Shown here piece by piece: positions 18,328 through 28,455 of a stretch of 64,000 nucleotides of DNA (its first letter is position 1; each line of letters starts with the position of its first letter). A program made the translations under genes and the position numbers. The notes under the pieces were generated by a model that saw only the letters and a program-made list of their open reading frames with translations, searched no databases and had not been told where the DNA came from. Source of the DNA: a virus; IMG/VR virus record IMGVR_UViG_3300002835_007523, positions 35,094-99,093 of that record; one strand, given 5' to 3'.

Positions 18328-20958
18328 ATGGCTAGATATTCGTTTGCAACATACGGTTCTCCTAACCTTAGATACGGTCAGGTAGAAAATAATAGAGCTT
18401 ACTATAACGTAAGCCTATTTGCATGGAGCTATACGTATAATGCTGTTTCTTTAATCTGGGGCTCAGTTTTAACAGACCCCCTAGATCCAGCCCCAACACA
18501 CTGGAAGCTAGTAAAGAACACTACTGGAAATCCAGACACTCCGTATGATGCCGAAGTTGTAGACCAGGGAACAATTTCTGAATATCGATTATCAGCAATA
18601 GATTCAGACCTAGTTGAGGGTCAACAGATAATTTATTCTTTTTGGATATTTAATGGAGTAAAGTGGATTAACTGTGGATACTCAGACGTAATAACAGTCG
18701 GTGATTCTGGAACTCTAGGTAAAGTAGAAAAATGGATTCCTTCAGCATGGCTAAATGCTATAGCTGGTACGGGAGACGCTACTGGAGAACCTAGCGATCT
18801 AGATCTAAATAAAATATTATCTGCCTATACATTTTTTTATGACTCTTTAAGAGCAAAAATTCAACTTTTAGAAAGCTCTATGTCTTATAAAGACATACCC
18901 ATACAATTTCTTAAGTCTAAGATACAGGATTTGGGATTTAATTATGAGCCAGTTTTGGGAGACATTTACCATAGAAGTCTTTACAGAATAGGTGATGAGG
19001 TAAATTCTGAAAAGGGAACAACAATCGGAATTAAAGAGTTTACTACCGCATTAACTCACTGGAATAGCAGGGTTTCTGTAGGAAAAAATCTACTATTAGA
19101 CTATAACGACTCTTCATTTGAAGAATCTGCTGGAAGATGGTCTACTACTGCCGGAACAGTTCAACACATTCATTTTACAGAGTCTCTTTCTACTGTTGGG
19201 GTTTTAGTAGCAGCACCTACTCCAACAATTAATTATAACTATGGACTTTTTGGTCCTAGATCTGTAGGTTTTGGATGGGTTCATGGGCATAATACCTCTC
19301 CAGTATTGACTTTACCAGCATCATCTTCAGACATAATTAAGTATGGTGTTCCAGTTAAACCTAATACTAGGTACTTATTTAGCGGATACTTTAGAGTAAA
19401 AGATACAACTAAAGCGGGGTCTGCTAAAGTAAAAATTAGTTGGTATAACCAATCCGGAACCCTAATATCAACAACTCTTGACGGAACAGCAGTTACTTTA
19501 ACTAGTTCTTGGCAACAAGTATTCTCTAAATCAGACTCTGGAACAAATGGACAACTTGCACCAAGCAATGCATATTACGCACAGCTAACAATAACATTTA
19601 CAAACTCAAGCAACCAAGCAGAATACATAATGGATATGTTTCAGTTTGAAGTTGTTAATGGATCATCTACCTATGAAGATGCAAGAAAAGCCATCGTATA
19701 TGTTGAGGGTGAGACCGTAAACTATATTCATAACCCATCTTTTGAATCAAATACAAACGGTTGGACAGCCCTAAACGGAACATTGACGACTGCAACTAGC
19801 CCATCAGGAGCAATAGTATTTGGGTCAAAATTTGCGAAACTTACCGCTAGTTCAGACGGTAGAACAGGCATAACCTCTGAGTGGATGCCTATAGATCCCA
19901 ATGAAAACTATACCTTTAGCGCACATGTGTCCTCAAATACAACAAAGGTTGTAAAAGCAAGAATTGAGTTTTCATCCGCCCTTAGTCAAGAAGAACAAAA
20001 CACAATACTTACTGACGAAGACGGAAGCTACTACTCAACCGCGGTTTACTATGTTGATTCAGATCCACTAACTTTAAGTGCTACCCCACAAAGGCTGCAC
20101 ATAACTGCTCTCGCCCCAGACTTCTCAACTGATGCTGGGTACCCCCTTGCTAAAGTATCTTTATATGTAGATGATGCAGTCTCTGGAGAAATGCTCTATA
20201 TAGACGCCCTACAGCTAGAGGATTCTTTAGAGCCTACTTCATATTTTGATGGGTCTGGAGCCCCAGCAATAACTAACCCACTTACTCAAGAATATATAGA
20301 TGCTTTTGACTGCCTTTGGGAAGACGAAACAAATTCTCACGGTAGAAGCTATCGTTGGCAGAACTACGCAAACAAGCTAGCTAGACTTGCAGCAAACATG
20401 GTAAAAGTTGTACCAAATGGATCTAGTTGGGAAATTAGGTCTGGATTCCCAACACCTGCATACCAAGAGCTATCCCCATCAGTTCTAACTGCTCCATCAT
20501 TTGAGCAGAGCACTACAGGTTGGAACGGCGGGAACGCAACAATCTCCAGAAGCGTAACTCGAGGCAGCTTATTTGATGAATACACTACTCATGGAAGCGC
20601 ATTTGGAAAAGTAACCTCTACAAATGGATCTTCAACATTCTCTGCATATACGGACAACACTCCTATAGTAACTAACGCTGGATACTATGCATCTATCGCT
20701 GTCAAACCAGAAAACGAAGACGCATATGGAAACTACACGTTAGAAGTAAAGTTTTATGACGATTTCAACATCGTAGTAACAACAAAAACAGCGTCAGCAA
20801 GAAACATAAGGTTTGATCGATGGGGATATCTGGGGGTATTTGCCCAGAAGTCAGAAATTTATGGAGCTACCTACGCCGTACTAAAAGTAACGTGTACTCC
20901 AGACTCCCCAGCAGCCGGTCGAGTGTTCTATCTTGACAGGGTTGTATTTAGGCAGTAG
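18328..20958 (+). CDS. baseplate wedge/fibre protein with carbohydrate-binding-like modules
   Basis: P2 gpI-like KGT..GI segment; three NxxxxPSFE..GW..DxxQ/VF CBM4/9-like repeats. Confidence 0.7.
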   Translation: MARYSFATYGSPNLRYGQVENNRAYYNVSLFAWSYTYNAVSLIWGSVLTDPLDPAPTHWKLVKNTTGNPDTPYDAEVVDQGTISEYRLSAIDSDLVEGQQIIYSFWIFNGVKWINCGYSDVITVGDSGTLGKVEKWIPSAWLNAIAGTGDATGEPSDLDLNKILSAYTFFYDSLRAKIQLLESSMSYKDIPIQFLKSKIQDLGFNYEPVLGDIYHRSLYRIGDEVNSEKGTTIGIKEFTTALTHWNSRVSVGKNLLLDYNDSSFEESAGRWSTTAGTVQHIHFTESLSTVGVLVAAPTPTINYNYGLFGPRSVGFGWVHGHNTSPVLTLPASSSDIIKYGVPVKPNTRYLFSGYFRVKDTTKAGSAKVKISWYNQSGTLISTTLDGTAVTLTSSWQQVFSKSDSGTNGQLAPSNAYYAQLTITFTNSSNQAEYIMDMFQFEVVNGSSTYEDARKAIVYVEGETVNYIHNPSFESNTNGWTALNGTLTTATSPSGAIVFGSKFAKLTASSDGRTGITSEWMPIDPNENYTFSAHVSSNTTKVVKARIEFSSALSQEEQNTILTDEDGSYYSTAVYYVDSDPLTLSATPQRLHITALAPDFSTDAGYPLAKVSLYVDDAVSGEMLYIDALQLEDSLEPTSYFDGSGAPAITNPLTQEYIDAFDCLWEDETNSHGRSYRWQNYANKLARLAANMVKVVPNGSSWEIRSGFPTPAYQELSPSVLTAPSFEQSTTGWNGGNATISRSVTRGSLFDEYTTHGSAFGKVTSTNGSSTFSAYTDNTPIVTNAGYYASIAVKPENEDAYGNYTLEVKFYDDFNIVVTTKTASARNIRFDRWGYLGVFAQKSEIYGATYAVLKVTCTPDSPAAGRVFYLDRVVFRQ

Positions 20959-20961
20959 GTT
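20956..20961 (+). promoter_or_regulatory. putative -10 box (TAGGTT) for a leaderless transcript
   Basis: TANNNT 6 nt upstream of ATG 20968, no SD. Confidence 0.4.
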
Positions 20962-20967
20962 CCTGCC

Positions 20968-21243
20968 ATGACTACTGTTTTAATTGCCGGACTTGCCTCT
21001 GCATGCGTACTTACCGCTGTAGAAGGTCTTTTAATATCTCTTGGAAAATGGCGGGGATTGCTAAGCCTAATAATGTCCACAACTGGAATACTGGTTATGG
21101 CTGGCTATAGTAAATTTACTATATTTGAGATCCTGGCCGCAACATTTGTTGGACTAGTCCTATCCCTTGCCGTAGAGCAGGTTTTTACGGGCGTATCCCT
21201 GCGTGAGGTACGCAATTTGCCAAAGAGGGTAGATAGGCTGTAG
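20968..21243 (+). CDS. small membrane protein
   Basis: About three hydrophobic segments and a basic C-terminal tail. Confidence 0.65.
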   Translation: MTTVLIAGLASACVLTAVEGLLISLGKWRGLLSLIMSTTGILVMAGYSKFTIFEILAATFVGLVLSLAVEQVFTGVSLREVRNLPKRVDRL

Positions 21244-21272
21244 AACTACACCATTGAGGCTAGGAGGGCCAA

Positions 21273-22184
21273 ATGAAAGCCGAAGTGTATGACAACCCAA
21301 TGTTGTCAATGAATGCTCGTTTCCTATATCTGTACTTCCTTCGTATAGGTCGAGTAGCCACAGTTGAAGAGCTAACAACAGCTCTTGCTGAAAGCGAATA
21401 CGCAATCAAGAATGCAATGAAGGAACTAAAGAAGCTTGACTACATACGGGCAGTCAAGTATCAGGTCAATGGTCAGTGGCGGACTTTATTGAAGTTTTCG
21501 GACGAGTCCCTTAATGTTACCGTAAAAACCATGCTTGAGATTCAGGCACCGACAGACGAAATACCGACGGTCGGTAAAACGCCTGTTCTATCTGTCTGCA
21601 ATACTAGTGATAAGTCTATTAGTGATATAGATAGCTTAGAAGTACTACGTACTTCTAATCTAGGAATTCATCCTGAATTCCAAGGAGATGAAATGAACTG
21701 GCCAATACTGGGCGATGAAACCCCCCGAAAAAAGACTGACGATGAAGTGGGCGTTGTTGGGAAGATCGATGATCAACAAAAGCGGATCAACTCAAAATAC
21801 AAACCAACCCGTTTTGAGGACACCCCTCAAAGCAAGCATCGATCTAACCGGCCCGAAGAGGACTGGACAACAACCGACCTTGTTGCGGAGTTTTATTATC
21901 TTTATCGGGAGAAGTGCGGTAATGTTCCGGCTCAAGTCAATGGACAGCAGTTTACTGTTTGGATCAACCGTCAAGTTGGCGAAGGTACCCATCGCACTGT
22001 TATCCTAAAGGCTATTCGTAAATTCTTTAATGATCGTAGGTTGTTAAAGGATCCCGGTGTTGGAGAACCCTTATGGCGAAAGTTTATAAAGTTCTACTAC
22101 ACTGTGTACGGAACAGTTTCTAAGGATACGAAGCAAGAGAATCTCTCAAACCAAGAGAAGATGCTAAAGCTTCTAGAGGGGTAA
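21273..22184 (+). CDS. putative replication initiator (N-terminal wHTH)
   Basis: LSMNARFLY..ESEYAIKNAMKELKKLDYI HTH; precedes DnaC-like gene; AGGAGG RBS. Confidence 0.65.
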   Translation: MKAEVYDNPMLSMNARFLYLYFLRIGRVATVEELTTALAESEYAIKNAMKELKKLDYIRAVKYQVNGQWRTLLKFSDESLNVTVKTMLEIQAPTDEIPTVGKTPVLSVCNTSDKSISDIDSLEVLRTSNLGIHPEFQGDEMNWPILGDETPRKKTDDEVGVVGKIDDQQKRINSKYKPTRFEDTPQSKHRSNRPEEDWTTTDLVAEFYYLYREKCGNVPAQVNGQQFTVWINRQVGEGTHRTVILKAIRKFFNDRRLLKDPGVGEPLWRKFIKFYYTVYGTVSKDTKQENLSNQEKMLKLLEG

Positions 22185-22187
22185 GTT

Positions 22188-22889
22188 GTGTACAGCTTAG
22201 AAGAAATATCTCCACGTACTAGGGCGCAAATAAATGCTGCACAGTTTCCATTAAAAACTATTGGCAGAGAATTTGAAGATCTAGATTCTTATTACCCAAA
22301 CAAAGAGCAAACATCTGTTGTAGAGATCGCTCATGATTGGATGCAAGAAGTTATCGATGGAGATGTTATTAGAGCTAAGGGTTCAGATACTTGTGGTCTT
22401 GGGCTGCTCTTGATTGGAGAGCCTGGCCACGGAAAAACAACTCTTGCATCTGTGATTGGTCAGACACTTATACGGTTATCTCCAAAAGAAGTTTGGGGAC
22501 CTACAGATCAAGTAATAACCCGACCAGTTTTCTTTGCGGATTATCCAAAGCTTCTTCGTTTACAAAAACGTCAATGGTCGGATGAAGACGAAACAGAAAA
22601 GTCTCTCATAGATTGTATTTATGGTGAGGCTAAACCCGGAGACAATGTTCGTCTGCTTATACTTGATGATTTAGGTAAAGAATATAGAACTGCTTCTGGT
22701 TGGTCAGAAAACACATTTGATGCTTTACTGCGTGCAAGGTACAACGCTGGGTTACCTACGATTGTAACTACCAATACACCTATGGGTGAATGGGCAGATA
22801 CATACGGAGATTCCATGGCGAGTTTCGCACACGAAGCGTTTGTTCCAATTGCAATAATATCTACTAGGGGGGACAGAAGAAGAAAATGA
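22188..22889 (+). CDS. DnaC/IstB-like AAA+ helicase loader
   Basis: GEPGHGKT, LLILDDLGKE, RYNAGLPTIVTTN. Confidence 0.9.
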   Translation: MYSLEEISPRTRAQINAAQFPLKTIGREFEDLDSYYPNKEQTSVVEIAHDWMQEVIDGDVIRAKGSDTCGLGLLLIGEPGHGKTTLASVIGQTLIRLSPKEVWGPTDQVITRPVFFADYPKLLRLQKRQWSDEDETEKSLIDCIYGEAKPGDNVRLLILDDLGKEYRTASGWSENTFDALLRARYNAGLPTIVTTNTPMGEWADTYGDSMASFAHEAFVPIAIISTRGDRRRK

Positions 22890-23194
22890 AAATGAAAGAG
22901 TTAAAGAACGTGCCCGCTTATGAATGGAAAACCATTCAGTTCTTTGTATCGTTGAATGGTATCTCTGAGGTACAGATATCTAACGATAATACTATGCGCT
23001 GCACTTGTGATGGTTACAAGTCTCGCAAAAAGTGTAAGCACATAGTCTTCTGTCTAAATGAAACTAATGACGATTTTGTATATCCAATAAAAATATCTGA
23101 GGCGACACCACAGGAATACATAGATCGAGCAAAAACATCCGCAGAGGAGTTTAGAAATCTACTCCTCAAATACGGGAGAATATTGGCTCTATAG
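22886..23194 (+). CDS. SWIM zinc-finger protein
   Basis: CTCDG..CKH motif. Confidence 0.75.
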   Translation: MKMKELKNVPAYEWKTIQFFVSLNGISEVQISNDNTMRCTCDGYKSRKKCKHIVFCLNETNDDFVYPIKISEATPQEYIDRAKTSAEEFRNLLLKYGRILAL

Positions 23195-23197
23195 ACT

Positions 23198-23602
23198 ATG
23201 AAGGGGGGCGATATCTCAAACGAAGTGCCGCAGAGAATTGCGGTTACTTTAGACTGCATTCTTGACAAAACACCGACATCAAAACGTGTGCTTGGAATTC
23301 CTGTCTTTTCTGAAGAGGTTTCTTATAACAGACAGGCTCTAGCTAGGTTCTGGAATTTTGCTCAAAAGTACGGCTACGTTATGGAGTTAGTTGGTTTTGG
23401 GTATACACGAAAAGAAATGAAAGAGATTATGGATGACCTAGATAATCTAGGAACAAATCCTTTTAACTATTCTGCGGCGTATAAGGTAATATCAGACTTT
23501 TCATCACAACTCCCATATAGACCAGAATTAAAACATGTGGTAGACATACCCACTCGCGGTCTTATGTACGGAAGTTGGTATCTAGAAATGGGGGCTCTCT
23601 AA
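23198..23602 (+). CDS. hypothetical protein, possibly degenerate HAD fold
   Basis: RIAVTLDCIL and HVVD resemble HAD motifs I and IV without the first Asp. Confidence 0.55.
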   Translation: MKGGDISNEVPQRIAVTLDCILDKTPTSKRVLGIPVFSEEVSYNRQALARFWNFAQKYGYVMELVGFGYTRKEMKEIMDDLDNLGTNPFNYSAAYKVISDFSSQLPYRPELKHVVDIPTRGLMYGSWYLEMGAL

Positions 23603-24828
23603 TGGCAGCAGATAATGAGATTCGCCTCCTGTCAAAAGCAATACGAGATAGGGATATATCTCCACTTTTAGATCGAGGCATTCAAGACGGTTGGTTTTAC
23701 GTAGATGAAAATAGGGCTGTTTGGAAGTTCCTACGGGAGCATGTAGCCAAGTATTCCGAGGTACCCACAGCAACTACCGTAAAGGATAATTTTCCTAACT
23801 TTAGGCTTTTAAACGTAGAGGACTCCCTGGAGTACCTGGTAGATCAGCTCTCTGAGTTTCGTATCCGCCAAAAGACCATAGAGCTGGTTCAGACGGCCGG
23901 AACCCTTATTGCCGACGGAGATCATAGGGGAGCCCTTGAACAGGTCTCTATGGGCCTTGCAAAGCTCCAGGACGAGGGCGTAGGAAAGTCCTCAGACATA
24001 GACCTGACCAAAGAGCCTCTAAGTCGCTTTGACGAGTACTTGAATATTAAAACCCGCCCTAACGGGCTCCTTGGCATGTCCACAGGATTTAAGGGTATAG
24101 ACGTTGCAACTGCCGGTTTACAGCCCCAACAGTTAGTGACAATTGTTGCTCCCCCTAAAACTGGTAAATCAGTGCTCTCAATGCAGATGGCAGTAAATAT
24201 TCATGAAGATGGTTTTGTTCCTATGTTTCAGTCTTTTGAAATGACTAATCTTGAGCAACAGAGACGACATGACTCAATGAGGGCGCACATCTCTCATTCT
24301 CGTTTAATTCGTGGAGCTTTGAAACCAGAAGAAGAAGAGCGCTATAGACTGATGTTGGAACGCATGGAAAAAATGCACAACTTCTATTTAACGGATTCTG
24401 TCTCTGCCCTAACTTTAACTTCATTGTCTATAAAAATAGACAAGATTAGGCCTGATGCTGTTTTTGTTGACGGTGTTTATTTGATGGTTGACGAGATGAC
24501 GGGTGAGTCAAATACCCCTATGGCGCTTACCAACATAACCCGCGGAATGAAGCGACTTGCACAAAAGCATAATGTTCCTATTGTCATGAGCACTCAAGCT
24601 CTTCGTCACAAAATGCGTGGAGGAAAAGTTACCTCTGACTCAATCGGTTATTCGTCTTCCTTTGTCCAAGACTCTGACATAGTTATGACTTTAGAGCGTC
24701 AGGACGAGGAAGACGATAGTTCAAGAGTTCTTAGAATAGATAAAAGCCGTAATAGCGCTCCTGCAGAGATAGAGCTTTTGTGGGACTGGGAGGAAGGAAA
24801 GTTCCAAGAGTATGGACAGTCCATTTAA
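23602..24828 (+). CDS. dnaB: replicative DNA helicase
   Basis: APPKTGKS, SFEM, VFVDG, IGYSSSFVQDSD, KSRN. Confidence 0.92.
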   Translation: MAADNEIRLLSKAIRDRDISPLLDRGIQDGWFYVDENRAVWKFLREHVAKYSEVPTATTVKDNFPNFRLLNVEDSLEYLVDQLSEFRIRQKTIELVQTAGTLIADGDHRGALEQVSMGLAKLQDEGVGKSSDIDLTKEPLSRFDEYLNIKTRPNGLLGMSTGFKGIDVATAGLQPQQLVTIVAPPKTGKSVLSMQMAVNIHEDGFVPMFQSFEMTNLEQQRRHDSMRAHISHSRLIRGALKPEEEERYRLMLERMEKMHNFYLTDSVSALTLTSLSIKIDKIRPDAVFVDGVYLMVDEMTGESNTPMALTNITRGMKRLAQKHNVPIVMSTQALRHKMRGGKVTSDSIGYSSSFVQDSDIVMTLERQDEEDDSSRVLRIDKSRNSAPAEIELLWDWEEGKFQEYGQSI

Positions 24829-25054
24829 CGGAACTCAACTTTGTTCTAAAGTTGATGATCCTGAAATTTTCTTTCCAGAAGATTACTTAGATACTAAGCA
24901 TCTTTCTATGGTAAGGGCTATTTGTAACGGGTGCCCAATAATTTCTGGATGTTTAGAGTATGCGATAAAGGATCCTTCTTTAGAGGGTATCTGGGCTGGA
25001 ACAACTCCTAGACAGAGATTAAAGATTCGTTCTAGAAGGAGACAGTCCGCATGA
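24812..25054 (+). CDS. whiB: WhiB-family Fe-S transcription factor
   Basis: C..DPEIFFP..CNGCP....C..GIWAG. Confidence 0.9.
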   Translation: MDSPFNGTQLCSKVDDPEIFFPEDYLDTKHLSMVRAICNGCPIISGCLEYAIKDPSLEGIWAGTTPRQRLKIRSRRRQSA

Positions 25055-25269
25055 GCTCTATACGACAGTTAAAGCCAGACTATACCGGCACGATGGAGTA
25101 TGAAAACCAGGTAATGCATGAGTGCCCGGTATGTGAGTCCACTATTTGGAATATAAAAGCGCAGTTTGAAGATTATGAAATATCAATGTACTTTTTAGAT
25201 ATGGAATGCGCTAGTTGTGGGACGTATGCAAAGGCGCCTACTCCTTTAGATAGGCCAAATCTTGTTTAG
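25051..25269 (+). CDS. zinc-ribbon protein
   Basis: CPVC..CASC. Confidence 0.75.
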   Translation: MSSIRQLKPDYTGTMEYENQVMHECPVCESTIWNIKAQFEDYEISMYFLDMECASCGTYAKAPTPLDRPNLV

Positions 25270-26206
25270 TGACGGCATAGTAGAGGAGGCTGCAAGACGC
25301 CTTGGCATAGTTACTTGGGGTAGGGGCGATGAGCTTCGCTCTAACTGTCCTATGCATCGTAAGCGCACAGGAAAAGAAGATGATAATCCCTCTTGGTCAA
25401 TAAACGCTGTGTCTGGAGCCCATCACTGTTTTTCTTGCGGGTATAAGGGCAACTTAATAACTCTTGTATGTGAAATAAAAGAGTTAGATTACGATGATGC
25501 ACGATCTTGGATATATTCAAACCTTGATGTAGATCTAGAAGCCTTATCTAAACAGCTTGAGGAAATAAAAGATTCTTATATACCTCCTGCTCAGCTTGTT
25601 CCTATGAGTGAGGCAAGGCTTGCTGTCTTTTCTACTCCGCCAGACTGGGCATTAGAGGCTAGGGGTTTGACTGAAGATGCATGCAAAAAGTATGGTGTTT
25701 TGTGGAACACCAAGTCAAATGAGTGGGTACTTCCAATACGTGAGCCAGATAGCAATAAGCTTTTAGGTTGGCAAGAAAAGGGGCAAGTAACAAGGTCTTT
25801 TTTTAACCGTCCTGTTGGAGTTCCTAAATCAAAAACTATGTTTGGTCTTAACGCCTGGCAAGGGGGAACAATGATCGTTGTTGAGTCTCCTTTGGACGCT
25901 GTAAAACTAGAGAGCGTTGGAGTTTCTGGAGGGGTAGCAATATACGGCGCCTCGTACAGTTTTCAGCAAATAGATCTTATGAGAAGAGCTGATCGTTTAA
26001 TCTTTGCGATAGATAATCCAGCCGTAGATCCTGCCGGTAAGAAGTCCTTCAATCAGTTTTTAGTTGACTCTAGAAAAAATGGGTTAGAGTTTCTTATGTT
26101 TAACTACTCAGATCAATCAAAAGATATTGGAGATATGTCCGCAGAAGCAATACGTTTAGGAGTAACAACCGCTACACATTGTGTGCTTTTAAAGGAATTA
26201 AAGTGA
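25262..26206 (+). CDS. DNA primase (CHC2 zinc finger + Toprim)
   Basis: CPMH..CFSC; VVESPLDA; KDIGD. Confidence 0.9.
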   Translation: MFSDGIVEEAARRLGIVTWGRGDELRSNCPMHRKRTGKEDDNPSWSINAVSGAHHCFSCGYKGNLITLVCEIKELDYDDARSWIYSNLDVDLEALSKQLEEIKDSYIPPAQLVPMSEARLAVFSTPPDWALEARGLTEDACKKYGVLWNTKSNEWVLPIREPDSNKLLGWQEKGQVTRSFFNRPVGVPKSKTMFGLNAWQGGTMIVVESPLDAVKLESVGVSGGVAIYGASYSFQQIDLMRRADRLIFAIDNPAVDPAGKKSFNQFLVDSRKNGLEFLMFNYSDQSKDIGDMSAEAIRLGVTTATHCVLLKELK

Positions 26207-27792
26207 CATTTACAGGAACTCTCCTTCCATATCAACCAGAGGCCGTAGACAAGATGTGCGATCGCGGCAAGGTTTTGGTTGCTTACGATTTAGGGCTAGG
26301 CAAGACAGTGTTGACTATAGCTGCGCTAGAGCGGTTGATGGACAACCGTTCCGTACGTGAGCCGGGTATAATCATCTGCTTGTCTAGCCTTAAATACCAA
26401 TGGGCAGACCAAATAAGGAGATTTACAAGTGATACTTCAAACCCTTTGGTCATTGATGGAACGCCAAAGCAAAGAGCAGCTCAGTATGCCAAAGCGCTCG
26501 ACTGGGCTAATTCAGGGGTTGATTACATCATTCTCAATTACGAGCAGGTTGTTAACGACTGGGCTACCGTGTCCAAACTGCCAAGAGGATTTATCGTCTG
26601 TGACGAAGCAACAGCAATCAAATCCTTTAGATCAAAAAGATCAAAATACATAAAGAAGCTATCCAGTAATTATAAGTTTGCTCTAACAGGCACTCCCGTA
26701 GAGAACGGTAAGCCAGAAGAGTTATATTCAATAATGCAGTTTGTTGACCCAACTGTTTTAGGAAGATTTGATCTTTTTGATAAAACATTTATAGTTAGAA
26801 ATCGTTTTGGTGGTGTTGAAAGATATAGAAATATAGACATCCTCAGTAAAACAATAAAAGACGCTGCAGTAAGAAAGCGTCAAGAAGATCCTGATGTATC
26901 TCCTTATCTTCCCGACGTTATTACAAAAGAACCAATACTTGTTCCTTTTTCTAAAGCTGCCAAAGAAATTTATACTAAGATAACTGATGACCTTTTACTA
27001 GATCTAGATGATGCTATGGAGTCCTTCGGTTCTTCATTTGACATATTTTCCCATTATGGTCAGGGAGATCAAGGCGGACCTATGGATGAACTCAGGGGAA
27101 GAATTATGTCAAAACTAACTGCCTTAAGAATGTGGTGTGATCATCCGGATCTGTTAATACATTCCGGCAAGATTTACAACCCTATGCAGGGAGTGGGGTC
27201 TAAATATGCGTTTGAGTGCATACAAGACGGTTTACTAGACGGTACTTGGAAGTCTCCAAAGCTTGAGATTTTAAAAAACTATGTAGACGAGTTCTTGTCT
27301 TTAGACGAAAGTAATAAAGTTGTTATATTTACTACCTACGTAAATATGGTTACTTTTATACAGCAGGCATTGCCGTATGAGTCTGTTATTTACACCGGCA
27401 AACTAAATGCAAAAGAGAAAGAGTTAGCAAAAACAAAGTTTCAAACTTCACCAGATTGTAGAGTTTTTATATCCTCTGACGCCGGTGGATATGGTATAGA
27501 TCTTCCTCAAGCAAATCTATTAATTAACTATGATTTACCATGGAATGCCGGGTTAGCGGTTCAGAGAAATGGTAGAATTAAGCGTGCCTCAAGCTCTTGG
27601 AAGAGCGTAGTTATTCAGGACATACTGATGGACGGATCTATTGAGCAGAGGCAACATGAGCTCCTAATACAAAAAGCCGCAGTAGCAAGCGCTGTAGTAG
27701 ACGGTGCAGGATTAGATGATCGAGGCGGAATAAAACTAACGGCTGGATCTCTGAGGGCTTTTTTAGTTAATGCTTCAACAATTATAGTTTAG
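26203..27792 (+). CDS. SNF2-family helicase
   Basis: DLGLGKT, DEAT, LTGTPVEN, NYDLPWN, QRNGRI; GTGA overlap start. Confidence 0.93.
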   Translation: MTFTGTLLPYQPEAVDKMCDRGKVLVAYDLGLGKTVLTIAALERLMDNRSVREPGIIICLSSLKYQWADQIRRFTSDTSNPLVIDGTPKQRAAQYAKALDWANSGVDYIILNYEQVVNDWATVSKLPRGFIVCDEATAIKSFRSKRSKYIKKLSSNYKFALTGTPVENGKPEELYSIMQFVDPTVLGRFDLFDKTFIVRNRFGGVERYRNIDILSKTIKDAAVRKRQEDPDVSPYLPDVITKEPILVPFSKAAKEIYTKITDDLLLDLDDAMESFGSSFDIFSHYGQGDQGGPMDELRGRIMSKLTALRMWCDHPDLLIHSGKIYNPMQGVGSKYAFECIQDGLLDGTWKSPKLEILKNYVDEFLSLDESNKVVIFTTYVNMVTFIQQALPYESVIYTGKLNAKEKELAKTKFQTSPDCRVFISSDAGGYGIDLPQANLLINYDLPWNAGLAVQRNGRIKRASSSWKSVVIQDILMDGSIEQRQHELLIQKAAVASAVVDGAGLDDRGGIKLTAGSLRAFLVNASTIIV

Positions 27793-27800
27793 GAGAGATA

Positions 27801-27944
27801 ATGCCAAACTCACCAAAGACTCCTACCCGCACAATTCGGGTTTCCAACGAGCTATGGGCTGCCGTTAAGGAGAGGGCTAAAATAGACGGGCGTACCGTCA
27901 CAGACGTGATTATAGAGGCCCTAAAGAACTATATAAAGGACTAG
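27801..27944 (+). CDS. ribbon-helix-helix DNA-binding protein (47 aa, absent from ORF track)
   Basis: AGGAG RBS; MPNSPKTPTRTIRVSNELWAAVKERAKIDGRTVTDVIIEALKNYIKD. Confidence 0.8.
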   Translation: MPNSPKTPTRTIRVSNELWAAVKERAKIDGRTVTDVIIEALKNYIKD

Positions 27945-27953
27945 GCTACCGGG

Positions 27954-27983
27954 TTGCACTTTGTCAGTGGGTGGGTATAAGCT
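27954..27983 (+). promoter_or_regulatory. putative housekeeping-sigma promoter
   Basis: TTGCAC-N18-TAAGCT in the intergenic gap before 28012. Confidence 0.5.
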
Positions 27984-28011
27984 ATAGCAAAACTTACCTA
28001 GGAGGGTAATC

Positions 28012-28449
28012 ATGGCAAAAGTTGCTACACCACCACGCAAACCGAGCTCTAATCCATTGATGGTTAAAGTTCGTGAATTTATTTCATATAAAAAGCAAAT
28101 AGATAAACTATCTAAAGCGCAGGACGAGATTAAAAAAGATCTCATGCAAACCGTTGAAGAAATTGGAGAGGTCGATGATGCTGGTCATCAGTGGCTTCAA
28201 CTTCCAGAAGAAGTAGACGGCTATGCTGCTCTACAGCGTCAGCGTCGTGTATCTCAAAAGCTTGATATGGATGCTGCTGAAGAGATCCTAAAGAAAAAGG
28301 GCCTATACGAAAAGTGCGTAACTATGGTTCCTATGATTGAAGAGGACGCTGTTATGGGCGCCCTATATCTTGGTGAACTTACTGAGGAAGAAGTAGATCA
28401 GATATTCCCAAAGACTATAACTTGGGCATTCGTTCCTAAGAAAGCTTAA
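28012..28449 (+). CDS. hypothetical protein (coiled-coil, replication module)
   Basis: 145 aa, AGGAGG RBS. Confidence 0.75.
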   Translation: MAKVATPPRKPSSNPLMVKVREFISYKKQIDKLSKAQDEIKKDLMQTVEEIGEVDDAGHQWLQLPEEVDGYAALQRQRRVSQKLDMDAAEEILKKKGLYEKCVTMVPMIEEDAVMGALYLGELTEEEVDQIFPKTITWAFVPKKA

Positions 28450-28455
28450 TATTTT

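Noticed and set aside
5619-20958. Bacterial extracellular contractile injection system or tailocin
   Set aside because: Contiguous with a full phage replication module, holin-like genes and a tRNA; no host genes.
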